This document shows positions 25,101 to 36,730 of a stretch of DNA of 64,000 nt, one piece after another. The notes under the pieces are model-generated. The model worked only from the letters and a program-made list of their open reading frames with translations. It had not been told where the DNA came from and did not search any database. The stretch is from Octopus bimaculoides (lineage: Eukaryota). The position numbers and the translations under genes are program-made. The stretch is taken from positions 40,895,342 through 40,959,341 of the forward strand of contig NC_068981.1 in NCBI RefSeq assembly GCF_001194135.2, read 5' to 3'. Each line of letters begins with the position of its first letter. Positions within the stretch are counted from its first letter, which is position 1.

Positions 25101-28100
25101 CACAAATCAACAAACCTATGGGATGGAGTGTTCCCTTCTATTAAATGGGTGATTAAGATATGAGAGAAGTTATTGGAGTACAGCAGGTTCTTGTTGTAAA
25201 GAAGTTGCATGGTTTCTCACATTTAGGAAAGAGAGAGAGTGAGAAGGAATTGGTGGTGGTGGTAATGAGATGTTAGTAGTAAGGACACAAACTAGGAGTG
25301 TGCCTGGATGGGGATATGCAAGAATGTATGGATGTGGGAAACTTGTTACCAATGATGCAATTACTCACTGACTGCAATATAAAATAAATAAAAGGTAAAT
25401 GTTATCAAATAAGAATTAATTTTGTATCTGTATAAGAAGGTCATTATACCAATAATAAACACACACACACACTGGTTGTTTCACTTCTTTATTATTTATC
25501 AATTGGTTAACCATTCAACCAATTAATTGATTGATTGATCGATTAGTCATATCGTTCATCAGTAAGTTATGTTTGTCAAAACCTTTTCACCACCATTCAC
25601 AGCTTCATCAGTGACATGCCCTAAGCTGAATTGAAGTAGAGTGCAAGTCATAAATTGGGTTGGGGATGGTGATGAAAAGACTTTGACTAACATACCTGAT
25701 TAATTGATTGATTAACCAAATGATTAATCACACAATCAATTATTTAACTGCTTAAATAGTTAACCAATTGGCAAATTATAAAACAGTTAAATAGAATCAG
25801 TGCATGTGTTTATTATTAGCCAAATAACTCCCCCAAGATCCAGCAAAATCTGTTTCAACACATGATTTCACATCAAGTACAAAAAGGAATTAATCAAATC
25901 AAATGCCAAAAAATGAAATGAATGAATTCGTTTTTCTTTTTAATTGCTTATCAGCTATATTATTGATGAGAACTTTATTGAATTCTTCATTTCTTTTAAA
26001 TTTGGAAATACTCTTTTGATATTGCAGGGATTATGGCTATTCTGTTTTGTGCTATTGTCATGTCTCACTATACACATTTAAACTTATCACCCGTGACACA
26101 GATAACAGTTCAGCAAACTTTTCGAACTGTTGCCTTCATTGCAGGTAATTTCCTTTTATGTTATTAACTTTATTTAATGCTTTTGATCTGATATCAGAAA
26201 ATACATGAATACCATATAGGAAATCATGAATACTATATAGGAAGTTGCTTGAGTTTTTTTCTTTTCATATAATTATTTCCCTATCTCAAAAAATCTATAT
26301 AGTGTTTGTTAGATGTAATGTCATATGTAACAAGAAAATCAAAATACTTATAGTTTGTAATATAAATTTGAATGAATAATAACAATACAATTTGAATTGA
26401 ACGTATAAAGTGTTGTTTGCTGGATTGATGTGAAAATAAAGGGTGAATATTATTTGTTGACATTTGCTGCTAACAAAAACAGACATAATAGAGCAAAACC
26501 TGTAAAATTCAAACTTGTGTGCATATTATGAGTAAATTATATAATAGATTACACATGTATCTAGTCCAATATTCCTTTCTTTGATTTAACTATACTTATT
26601 CTCATGATATAACACTTTGCACAAATAATTAATTTTATTTTACAGAAACTTGTGTGTTTGCATATCTGGGAATGGCTCTCTTCAGTTTCCACTTAAATGT
26701 GAAGCCTTCTTTTGTAATATGGAGCATTGTAAGTTATTTTAGCATATATTTCATTGTCCTGCTTGAAATCTTTTATGTTAATACATTTGGGCACAAATAG
26801 GCAGAATGAAGATATACCTAAACATGAAATGAAACTACTGCATGACCTGTAACAGTTTCTTAAAACACCACCAATTGTTTTAAATTTCATGTAGTGTACC
26901 AATGGTAAGTCAGTGGTGGAGCCCATGCCATTCCTAGCTATTGATTATAGTCAGAAATCACAATTACAAAGGATATGGCTGGTACAACTGGGAATCAATC
27001 CAGTATCATGGTCTCAGCTAGCTCAAAGTTTAAAACATTCACACACATATACTCCTACAGCATTTTTATTTCTTACATAATTTTATTTTATTTTATTACT
27101 ATATTGACCTAAGAACTAATACTTTCCTAAAAGAAATCATTGTTATATAAGTAAGCCTTTTAATAATATACTCCAAATTTTACTGTTTTATTTATCATGG
27201 TTCTGTCTTATTAATCATCCGGTGTTCCATTTTAGATACTTGCAATTTTCATTGTTGTGAGCTTCTTTTGCTTCATTGTACAATTACATTTTCAAGGAGA
27301 TATCCAGTCCACTGCTACTCAATGGTAAATCTAAATTATTGCTTAATGATTGCCTTATGGTAGTTCATCACAAATGCATTTTATGTTTACTAATATTTGC
27401 ATGTGGTCTCAGTTGTTTAGATCACAACTCACTGCTCCATGGTGTGTATGGAAGTCAAGTATCAATGAGATTCAAATGTAACCATTCAGCATGCACTGTA
27501 GATAGTGAAAGACTCTATATACCTTGAGTACCCTATAAATTTAGGTGGTAAGATGGGGGTTTTTGAATTCATATGTTCATATAATCATCATTTTCATAGT
27601 GTATATAACTGTCTGGCTACATCTTACTTAGCCAGTATAAACATCCCAGTCTCAAATAAAAATTCACTTCTGAATATCTCTTTTCATTTATCAATTCTTA
27701 CTTATTTATTGCCTTTTATATTTAACTTAATCATTACTAATCTAATTTGTATGAATATTTTTAAATGTTTAAGAAGCTTCTTTATATTTTATTATAGGGT
27801 CTATGTCTTGGTGGAAGGGCTTTCAATATATTTCCTCTGAGCTTTTTGGTTAATTTTTTTAGAGAACACAAAATAACAAAAAGTATGCAATTTATTATGT
27901 GGTTTAGTGGTGAGTGTTAACATTACATTTTCATTTGTATTCCATAATTTTGCTATTTCCCAAAATCTTGAATTGAAATTAATACAGATTTTTATCATCA
28001 TCTCTTTCTTCAAACTACTACGCTGTCTAATTTACTTTCTCAAATCATTTGTACTTAACTTTTCTTCTTAGTAAACACTGCACATCCAACAAATACTCAA

Positions 28101-31100
28101 TCTATTTTCCCCTCATCACTAATAATCCTGTATATTTGAAACCCTTGTTTCATTGCCAAGCATTTCTTGCATATGCTCCAAAATATTTGCCTTCTTGCTT
28201 AGAGAGAGAAATTCTTTGTTTCCAACAGAATGAAAAAAAGTGCCTTCATTTCTAACTCAAGCCATTTTCCATGAATAGTTCAACTGCCAATGATCCCACT
28301 ACAACTTTTGTGTAGGACTTCTGGTGGGGGTCTGAGCTATCAGAGCTAACTTATCACCATGTTGTGTATCTTAGTGAGATGTTCAAATGTGGGCTTGCAA
28401 GTGACCTGCAACCTTCTAATATTGAAATGGTTTCTTTTAGGTTGGAACTTTATAGTAATATTACCTTCTTTTATATCCTACTGCACAGCAATGTGGCCAT
28501 GCACATGAGGAAACTGTTAAACATTACAGAAGTGGTAAAGACTGAACTCAAGGTATTGAGCCTCATAAAAGGGATAACAAAAGGCTATAATGGTTAGTGA
28601 CATGCACTGCTGGAGAAGTTCACCCTTCTAAGCAAGCATGGTAAAAAGAACACTAAAATGATCATAGTAGTGACAGCTAGGAAGACCTTTCATTCTCATT
28701 CACCATACCATACTGCTTGTATTGTTTGGGATAGCAGTAGATTTCTTCCTATTCAAATATCTTCCTCCCCCCTTCATCCCTCTTGCTATGCTTCTCTCTA
28801 CCCCTCATCGTAGTACATGTGAAATGTTAGGTCTTTCCTCTTACACTTCTGACAGCCATCACTCCTTCTCCCTAGAATGTTTGGCAGCAGTGCCATCCCC
28901 TGCAATGACTTCAGTATGAAGAAATACTTTTTTGAAAATTATATAACAACAGTTTCTATTCTGTTTATCTTTGTTTTGTTTTTTTTTCTTCTTTTTTTGT
29001 ATAGGATTACGTGGTGCAATTGCATTTGCCTTATGTCTTCATTTAGAATTCTCCCCTGAGAAACGATATGTTCTTGTCACAGCTACATTATTTATGGTTT
29101 TGTTCACTATCTTATTCTTAGGAGGTGCAACCATGCCAATCATGAAGGTAACAACATTGTTTTCTTTTTTGTTTAATAGCAGTAATTTGTTGGGTTTTTT
29201 TTCATATATCCTTTAACAAAATGTCCATTGGTTAACCACAAAGTAAAAAGATAATCATCATCAATATCACTACTCACAATATTGACCTTCTTCATCAATT
29301 GCATAATAGTGTTATCTACAATTACATCTTGAAATTATCATTTATATTTCATATATTCTTGATATGATTCCTTCATACTTTACTGAATTTTGCACTATGT
29401 AATGATTCTCTCACTACTAAATTGTCTCAGTTAATCATGGAAAAGGCGTATTACTTTTCAAATTAGATGCTCAAACCTCTGTAAATTATAAACGTGACAA
29501 TTTTAAGTTTCCAAGCTTAGTGTTTAATTTGAAATATCTTATTTCAACTTTCAGATTGCCTTCTGTATAATTTGTATATTTCAGTTTTTTCATAAAAGTT
29601 TTCCTTATGATCACAACTTAGCCTTAGAAATGTCACAGCAATAGCCAAAAGGTTATAACATACATGCATTACACACATACATACATACCACATCTGTCTG
29701 TCTGTGCATGCATGCATGCACACAGACAGACAGATGTTCATGTGTGTGTGCCAATGTATGAAACTTTCAGACCGTGAGTCACCCTGTAACTTCTGCCAAT
29801 TTTTAATAAGAAAAAGATACATATTCAAGTTTTGAGTTCTATTTTCATATTTGCATGAAAATGTATATATGAAGTAAAGTTATTCGCTTTAATTAGGGCA
29901 TGAAATATTTTCTTTTCACCAATAAATATTAAGTGCTTCTTCTATTCAGTCCAGAACAAACTTGTTTTAAGTATGTACCATATTAATCTTTTTTACTTTA
30001 CATTTATTTACAATATTTAAACATTTTATCTTCAGTTATTAAAAGCAGATAAACGGAAAAAAACAAAATCTGAAATATCATTAAGTAAAACAAAAGAAAT
30101 GGTAAGTTAATGCTTAAAATAAATTAAATAAAATTCTGTATGTGTTCTGTGGTTCAAAAATAATTATTGCAATTAAAGCTGTACTTTCTTCATTGATCTT
30201 ATTTCAATTTTTTCTTCATTTTCTCACTGTTTACTTTTGTCAATTTTTTTTCCACTAAAAGTCATATATTTTTGCACTAATTATCTATTATTGTGCTGTT
30301 GTTACAATAACTACCTTTTAACTATATGTCTAGCTTGGTTTGTATCTTATGTCTATACCATAAAAACAAGAACATACTCTAACCACTACATTGCACTCTA
30401 CACAGCATATTGTATAAGCTTGCTGTGTGGCTTAGAGACACTGATCTATATCATGTCTATCATGATGTACTTGCAGGTTGCTCTCATCCAATTATTCTGA
30501 CATAAGTTTACTCAAACCACATTTAAAGTAGAACAAATAATTATTTAGGTTACTAATTAAAAATAAGAAAATTAAACAGATCACATTACTCTTTTGCCAG
30601 TACATAATATGCCTTTATCCAACAAGTTATGTTCTAGTTTGAACATACTATTGACTGTTGATTTTTATACGAAATATGAAATTATGTTATACCATTTGAC
30701 TGTGAAACCACATGACATTACCAGGCAGCAAAGCACTTCATTTCAAATTGCTCCAATCTACTCATCTGAAAATGAACAGCAGCACAGCACTAAAAGAGTC
30801 CTTTCTGTTCCTTCAGCTTTGTTATTTGCTTGGTCAAGTGGTTGTGTATTTCAAAGTACATGTATCCTTAAAGTAATTTTTTGACAGAATCAGATTGTTA
30901 CAATGTGTGACAAAGCTGGACGTTCACAGGTACACTCTAAATAGCCCTCATCTACTCAATTTTATTCACGAGGTTTGGATCAAATCAAACCTGTAGTTAA
31001 TGACACTTGCTCAAGATACCATAGAGGAACTTCTTAAGCTTTTGGTCATATTGTGTTCATTAGGAATTATATAGTTCTATAGATTAAGTGTTTACATGGT

Positions 31101-32182
31101 TTTAATTTGTTTTAACTGATAGTTTTATTTTACAGGGAGATACTGTGGATTCTGAACACCTGTCTGAACTAACTGAAGAAGAATATGAAATCAATTTTGT
31201 AAAAACACATTTACGAGGCTTTTTACGTTTTGATGTAAAATATTTAATACCTTTCTTTACAAGGCGTTTTACAAAGCAGGTTAGTCTATTTGTTTTATGG
31301 TTACATTTAAACAGTTTTTAAATTGCTTAAAGGTAACCATAAAACTTTCTTGCCATTATAAATAGATTGAATAAGTAATTACTTCTGGTTGCCATGATGC
31401 TGCAGAGGTAACAGAGATTTCCTCAAAGTGGCTCCAGATCAGGAGATGCAAGCCATGGAAGGGGCAGTGCTTCCAGTGGTAGTGCTAACTGCTAAACTCC
31501 ATCTAAGACTTGATTAACCTCAACTGAGTCACCTGAGTGAGGGTGCCTGATGTTGAAAGATTCAAACACTTAATGACCCCAGGAAGCATCACTATTGATG
31601 TGTCCAGGTGCATCACAGGATGATGTATGGAAAAACTTGTGCACAAAATGTGCTATAATATAAAATATGATAGCACAAAGAAGACAAAACCTTAAAAAAA
31701 TCATACATATGGACTGTCTCTTTAAATCAGTGTTTCTCAACCTTTTGGTGAAAGGGCAAGCCCTTTCACCAAATGGCATTTTACAAATGCCCTCCCCATA
31801 TACAAAAAAAAATAAATAAATAAAATAAAAAGCAGACGATTATTTTTATCAAACAGAACTAATTTTGTTCATAGTTTTTTGTGCTATCCTATCTCGCATG
31901 TGTTTCTTTTTAAATATTTGTGTGGATTTGTGATTCCTATGTTAAATTTTTATAGAAATTACTAAAGAAAGGGAAATTTGTATTTTTAGTGGTTTAAAAA
32001 TACAAAAACTATTTCTTAGAATTAACCTTCAAAATAATTGTTCTATATTACAGGAAGTACGTGAAGGTCGCACACAAATGGACAATTTAACAAACAAGTG
32101 GTACAAAGAAGTGCGGGCTGTTCCATCAGATTCCAATTCTGAAGAGGACACAGCTTTCACACAAGAAACTATTTATCATTAA
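13912..32182 (+). CDS. SLC9A8: Sodium/hydrogen exchanger 8 (NHE8), spliced, 15 coding exons in the window; first coding exon not located
   Basis: The exons join in consistent phase and give NHE8-type motifs: [106 protein letters not shown]. All introns are GT-AG. Stop TAA at 32180-32182. Confidence 0.96.
14197..14277 (+). CDS. SLC9A8: NHE8 exon ([27 protein letters not shown])
   Basis: ttttatAG acceptor, G|GTAAGC donor, 81 bp, phase 1 to phase 1. Confidence 0.93.
15390..16800 (+). mobile_element. Degenerate CR1/L2-group LINE fragment interrupted by a younger RTE insertion
   Basis: [10 protein letters not shown]...[12 protein letters not shown] and [11 protein letters not shown] are RT N-terminal motifs. 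Sequence at 16555-16630 resembles 10575-10650 of the other CR1-like copy. Confidence 0.55.
15931..16550 (-). mobile_element. 5'-truncated RTE LINE (ORF C-terminus plus complete 3' UTR)
   Basis: 16390-16550 encodes [36 protein letters not shown] on the minus strand, followed by the 3' UTR and (ATG)n tail. Near-identical to 44420-44960 and 55873-56590. Confidence 0.92.
17191..17240 (+). CDS. SLC9A8: NHE8 small exon ([17 protein letters not shown])
   Basis: ttttaAG acceptor, AGG|GTATGT donor, 50 bp. It restores the phase and matches the G..G..IK..NWK segment of NHE8. Confidence 0.88.
17828..17911 (+). CDS. SLC9A8: NHE8 exon ([28 protein letters not shown])
   Basis: ccatAG acceptor, AAG|GTAAAG donor, 84 bp; CPA1-family [11 protein letters not shown] motif. 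Confidence 0.95.
18882..18983 (+). CDS. SLC9A8: NHE8 exon ([34 protein letters not shown])
   Basis: tttcAG acceptor, CAA|GTAAAT donor, 102 bp. Confidence 0.95.
19210..19560 (-). mobile_element. Degenerate RTE LINE C-terminal fragment (different subfamily)
   Basis: [10 protein letters not shown]...[15 protein letters not shown] motif in ORF 19327..19566. Confidence 0.6.
19671..19997. mobile_element. hAT-family MITE
   Basis: Perfect 8-bp TSD TCCTAGAT at 19663-19670 and 19998-20005; imperfect TIRs CAGGCTTGGCCAAC / GTTGGTCAGCCTTG. Confidence 0.88.
20288..20466 (+). CDS. SLC9A8: NHE8 exon ([31 protein letters not shown]...[14 protein letters not shown])
   Basis: ttttcAG acceptor, AC|GTAAGT donor, 179 bp; contains the AVDPV and GESVLNDA ion-transport motifs. 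Confidence 0.96.
21717..21855 (+). CDS. SLC9A8: NHE8 exon ([12 protein letters not shown]...[10 protein letters not shown])
   Basis: tttcAG acceptor; ends at the U12-type donor ATT|GTATCCTTT; 139 bp, phase 0. Confidence 0.92.
21856..24180 (+). other. U12-type (minor spliceosome) GT-AG intron of NHE8
   Basis: The 5' splice site GTATCCTTT at 21856-21864 matches the U12 consensus RTATCCTT. The branch-point motif TTTCCTTAAT at 24162-24171 lies 9 nt before the end of the intron (CAG). There is no polypyrimidine tract between the branch point and the AG. Confidence 0.9.
22120..22480 (-). mobile_element. tRNA-derived SINE, near full length
   Basis: The reverse complement has the head, the acacttgcccaag core, a CA tract, and the cttattct...gacccc / ccatgctggag tail shared with 46285-46660. 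Confidence 0.78.
24181..24286 (+). CDS. SLC9A8: NHE8 exon ([35 protein letters not shown])
   Basis: Follows the U12 acceptor; G|GTATTT donor; 106 bp. Confidence 0.95.
24642..25073 (+). mobile_element. RTE 3'-tail fragment with four tandem hairpin units
   Basis: Four units of about 61-67 bp, then the conserved tail ending in (CGA)n. Confidence 0.9.
25451..25817. mobile_element. Fold-back / MITE-like inverted repeat element
   Basis: Perfect 12-bp terminal IR AATAATAAACAC / GTGTTTATTATT, with further arm matches (CAATTGGTTAAC; tatgtttgtcaaaaccttttcaccaccat vs atggtgatgaaaagactttgactaacata). No TSD recognised. Confidence 0.6.
26028..26144 (+). CDS. SLC9A8: NHE8 exon ([39 protein letters not shown])
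   Basis: ttgcAG acceptor, G|GTAATT donor, 117 bp. Confidence 0.95.
26646..26728 (+). CDS. SLC9A8: NHE8 exon ([28 protein letters not shown])
   Basis: ttttacAG acceptor, ATT|GTAAGT donor, 83 bp. Confidence 0.95.
27798..27909 (+). CDS. SLC9A8: NHE8 exon ([37 protein letters not shown])
   Basis: ttatAG acceptor, G|GTGAGT donor, 112 bp. Confidence 0.95.
29005..29147 (+). CDS. SLC9A8: NHE8 exon ([14 protein letters not shown]...GGATMPIMK)
   Basis: Long T tract plus gtatAG acceptor, AAG|GTAACA donor, 143 bp. Confidence 0.95.
30036..30101 (+). CDS. SLC9A8: NHE8 exon ([22 protein letters not shown])
   Basis: cttcAG acceptor, ATG|GTAAGT donor, 66 bp; LSKT.EM matches the NHE8 cytosolic tail. Confidence 0.9.
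31136..31279 (+). CDS. SLC9A8: NHE8 exon ([18 protein letters not shown]...[10 protein letters not shown])
   Basis: ttttacAG acceptor, CAG|GTTAGT donor, 144 bp. Confidence 0.95.
31728..31800 (+). mobile_element. Truncated hAT-like MITE end
   Basis: CAGTGTTTCTCAACC resembles the TIR of the 38316-38564 element; no matching other end was found. Confidence 0.4.
32054..32182 (+). CDS. SLC9A8: NHE8 last coding exon ([42 protein letters not shown])
   Basis: ttacAG acceptor; TAA stop at 32180-32182. Confidence 0.93.
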   Translation, partial: EVREGRTQMDNLTNKWYKEVRAVPSDSNSEEDTAFTQETIYH

Positions 32183-32424
32183 ACAAGTTAATCTTTGGAA
32201 TTCATGATACTTTTTTTTCTAAAGTAACAATCACTGTGATAAACAAAGCATCTGATTTTAATTTTTATTCATGAACATAACACAAACTAATTTATTGTTG
32301 ATCTTTTACAAAATATTTTACGTGGTATTTGTTTTGTAATCTTGAATTAATTTTACTGTGGGCTGTTGATATTTTTTATAAAATGTAATTTGTAAATTGA
32401 TTATAAATATTTAAAACTAATTCT

Positions 32425-32430
32425 AATAAA
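32425..32430 (+). promoter_or_regulatory. Candidate polyadenylation signal of NHE8
   Basis: First AATAAA downstream of the stop codon (about 240 nt), followed by GT/T-rich sequence. Further AATAAA hexamers near 33780-33810 are alternatives. Confidence 0.4.
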
Positions 32431-34165
32431 AGGATGTTCTTTTGCAAGGTTAGTTTTATCAATTTATCTCATTTGGAATCTGGATATCAACTTTTTTTTA
32501 TGTATTTTTTTATATCTGTAAGATGGAAGAATATTGTTAGTAGAGCTGGTATAAAGCCAGATGGTTATTGTCTTTGTACAGACATAATGTCAAGAGCCAA
32601 ATTCCAACAGTCAAACTGCTGAAAGTCAAAATGTCAACAGTCAAAATGTTGATGGTCAAATGCCAACAAGACCAAATTTTGATGGTCAAATTGTTGCTAT
32701 TCAAAATGCAAACAGATTTTGTTTGCTTTTTTTTTATTTAGTAAAAATAATTAAAAATAACTCATTTTAAAATTGGGGTAATATATTAAATAGAAGGATG
32801 TCAATGATTTGCATTTAATGAAAAAGCAAAATACCATATATGTCAGCATATAAGACAACTGGGTGTTGTAAAAACATATCAGTAATTACTAAAGCAGTGG
32901 TTAACTACCATCAACCGTTATACATTGCTAACAACTCACCATACACTTTAGGAATTAAGGTTCAAATTTTATACATATATGTATAAGATGTTCCCATTCC
33001 TCCTATTTTGGAGGGGTACATTTTAAGGTTAAATTGTCAATTTATTTACACTGGCATATATGGTGAATATATTTTAAAACTAAACATAATAATAAGAAGG
33101 TTGCTAAAAATAATTTGTTTTAAAATTAAAGCAATTTATTGAATTGAATCAATAGATTGTGAACCATTGACTTTAAGAAAAACATGAGGGTTGATCAAAT
33201 TATGAATTACAAGTTCCTTTTTAATACAATTGTTAATCTTGGTATATTTTTTTATTTATTCATATCACATTATCCCTAAGAGAATGTTAGCTTGCTAAAA
33301 GTTTGTGTAGCATTATATCTGTTTCTTCATTATTAACATTGTACACATCTTGTCAGGGAACAAATACTAATATTCCAAGCCACCTGATGAAGGAACCATT
33401 TTCTACGTTGAAATAATCTGTTGATCTCAAATGCTGAATTTTGTGCTATAAACACTGGCTCAAGTGAAAATAGCAACTTATTACTGTTACTGTGGTAAAT
33501 TTATTTATTGTGGTTTATTGCTGTTTGTTGCAGCTATTTCAAAGTCCACTGTAAATGATTATGGATAAATATATCTCTCTTTTTAAAAAAAATTTAAAAT
33601 TACATTATCTTTTTGTATTTATCCATGATAATGTAGAAAGCCATGAGTAATATTTTAGTTTCAGAAACAATAGCATGAAGAGTATAAAACTGTATTCTGT
33701 GAGACTCAAGAAAATGTTCCATCACTTATCTACTTCTTTTCCATTACTACAACTTTTAAATTTTCCATTCATTGTTAAATAAATATAAACATCCTCACTT
33801 TCTAATAAAAAATTTATCAACTCTTGTTATTAGTGTTCAATATTTTGTTTCATTATTGCGCCTTCTTGTTCACCATTCACTACATGATAATAAGTCTTTA
33901 TGTGATAATGTACCACCTCATACACTTTAATGTAGTTTGCTCATACAATTGTTACTTACAGAAAGCAGGCATAGGTATGGCTTATGTTATTAAGAAGTTT
34001 GATTCCATTGTGTGGAACCCTGGACAAATGTTTTGTACTACAGCCAACCAAAGCCTTGTGAATGGGTTTGGTTGACTGAAACTGGAAGAAGTTCATCAGA
34101 TGTATAATTTTGTTTACATTTGCACTTCTCCAAAAATCACTGAGCAAGAAACACTGACATTGTTA

Positions 34166-35420
34166 TAAGGGTGGGCTGAAAAGTTCAGAGGCCAACTATG
34201 AAGGAGAAATGCTAGAGCTGTGAAATCTTACATGCATTAATTTCAACCCTTCTTATTAATAACTGCATTGTTTCTTTCCATGTAAATTGATAGCTCTCTG
34301 TTCAAAGAACTCTTCAAAAGTAACTAGTAGTAACTTTTTTTGAAAATGGATGAAATTTGGCATCATTGTGTTATCAGGTACTTGTAGAAAAAGTGTTTAG
34401 CCCCCAAAGACATTCATGCTGACATGGTTGCTACATTAGGGGATGATGCTCCAGCTTTATTAACAGTACAAGTGGACAGCTGAATTTTGGAGGTAAAGGG
34501 AGAGTCTTGAACATAACCCTAGGTCTGGTCGTCCTGCACTCTGCCATCATCAACACAAACATTGATCGTGCTCACCATATGGTGATGGAATACAGGCATT
34601 TGACCATAAGTCAATGCTATTAACATATGTCATGAGTGAGTTGAGAATATTCTACACAATTCCATGAGTGAGTTGAGAATATTCTGCACAATGAACTTGG
34701 CATGACTAAAGTTTCTGCTCAGTGGGAACCATATCTTCTAACACCTGATCAAAAGCACACCAGGCTGATCACATCATGGGAAAATCTGACTTTGTTTATA
34801 GCAGATCCAGCTGGTTTCTTTGAACATTTCCTAACCCAAGATGAGTGTTGGCTTCCTTTGAGCCAGAGACAAAGAGACAATCCATGCAGTGGATACAACA
34901 CTCCTTACTTGATCCAAAGAAGTCCAAGGTCATTTCCTCTGCAGTGTTTATTGACTATCTTCAGAATGGTCGCAGTATCAATGGAGAATACTATGCCAAC
35001 TTGCTGAAGCAGTTACAAAAGGCTATCAAGACCAAGCACCAAAGAAAGGAGTCTTGTTTCATTAGGACAGTGTTGTAGGACACAAGTCCTTGGTTTCAAT
35101 GACTGTTGTGCATAACTAGCTTTGAACCAGTTGATCACCCTCCCTATTCTGATTTCACCCCATCTGACTTTTATCTGTTCTCCAACATGAAAAAACACTT
35201 GTCTGGGAACCAGTATTGCAGTGATGATGACAACCTATCTGCTATTGATGACTTTTTTGACCAGCAAGATGAAAGTTTCTTCACCAATGGGATCCAAGCA
35301 CTGCAACAGTGATGGAAGAAGTGTGTGAACTACAAGGGGGACTGTTGAAAAATGAACCACATTTGGTCACATTCCATGAGAAGATCTTGGTCAGCCTACA
35401 GACTTTTCAGCTGACCTTCA
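34166..35420 (+). mobile_element. Full-length but decayed mariner transposon (about 1.25 kb)
   Basis: TA-flanked TIRs TAAGGGTGGGCTGAAAAGTT / rc TGAAGGTCAGCTGAAAAGTC. Transposase remnants: ELGMTKVSAQWEPYLLTPDQK, DECW, EPETKRQSMQW, HPPYSDFTPSDFYLF. Several stops and frameshifts. Confidence 0.92.
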
Positions 35421-36382
35421 TATTTCCCTTGTTAACAAATCATCCACCTTCAAAGAAAGATTTGTGGAATAAGAGATCTTTTCGTTAAAAAAAACCTATA
35501 AGAGTTAACACCAGGTAGGGCATCCAGCTGTGAAACTGCTTCCATAATAGATCTAACCCATGGGTGTAAAAATAAACAAAGATGTTGCTTCATCTGATTG
35601 CACTATGCATTGCTTCATGTTCTCCACTGCTTTTAAAATATATATGACTTGGACTGGTAAATGTGAATGATTATGAGAAATCTTTTGTATAATATCAGCA
35701 CAAGTTACAATCTTAGCTTTGCAATGTGATCATTTCTCACTGAATATATTAGTTTTTCATTTTCTGTTGACAAAAACATTTCCTATATACAAATATTTTC
35801 AGCCACCTTTAGCACCAGTTACAAATTGTGAAGTAGTAATAGTGGGTTGGGTACATGGAATATAAGGATATACATTAGACAGCTAAGTAAAATCACAGCC
35901 AGCCACCCATTCAGGCATGTCATTTATGACCATGCCCCCACTCCTTCTCCCAGCCAAGAGGTCTCTGCTTTGCATGTGCCGATGCCACGTAAAATGCACT
36001 TGTACCAGTGCCACATGATGTGCATTTGTGTTGGTGTCATGTAAAATGCACACATTCCAGTGCCACATAAAGGCACCTAGCACACTTTGTAAAGCGTTTG
36101 GCATTAGGAAGGAGATCCAACTGTAGAAACTATACAAAATAGACAACTGGAACCTGGCCAGCTCCTGTTAAACTGTCCAACCTATGCCAGCATGGAAAAT
36201 GAACTTTAAACAATAATGATGACATCTGCTTCATGGCTAATTACTACATTCAAATACATGCTTCTACAATTCCAGCTCATCTAGTTTAGGAAGAACTTCA
36301 CATATTGTATATTGTATGAAATATACTTCCTTACATGGTTAGTGTTTTGCAAAATTGGCCTAAAAGGAGTAGAAAAGCAAAA

Positions 36383-36730
36383 CCACCATGACAAAGTAAT
36401 GTTGTGAATACACTGGTTGTTATGCAGGAACTATATGCTAGAATGTTCGAACAAGTGGTATGAGTAGCAACCTTTGCCAGTGCTAGAGAGTGATCAGATG
36501 AGACTCATGGGATCTGCCATACTACACACATAAGCTGCAACATAACCAACCAAATATCACTCTCCATCAACATAGCTATACCTGCAGAGCTGAAATTTAG
36601 TGAAGACAAAGAACAAGAAAGTTAAAAAATACCAAGACCTAGCATTGGAAATAAAATGCATCCATAGAGCCTCAAAAGTGAGTGCGATACCCATTGTGAT
36701 TGGTGCACTTTGGACCATCTCAAAGAATAC
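36383..36730 (+). mobile_element. R4/Dong-like non-LTR element C-terminal fragment (restriction-like endonuclease region)
   Basis: Frameshifted HDKVML.IHWLLCRNYMLECSNKWYE*QPLPVLE...WD...HNQPNI...IAIPAE...KKYQDLALEIK...IPIVIGAL follows the RHD/IHW/PD..D/KY pattern of RLE domains. Confidence 0.72.

Noticed and set aside
33384-33413. CTGATGA...GAAA hammerhead-like core
   Set aside because: No convincing stem II, GAAAT instead of GAAAC, and no stem I/III or NUH site.
34702-35312. Mariner transposase ORFs as functional genes
   Set aside because: The transposase is split over several frames with stops and altered catalytic motifs, so it is a decayed element.
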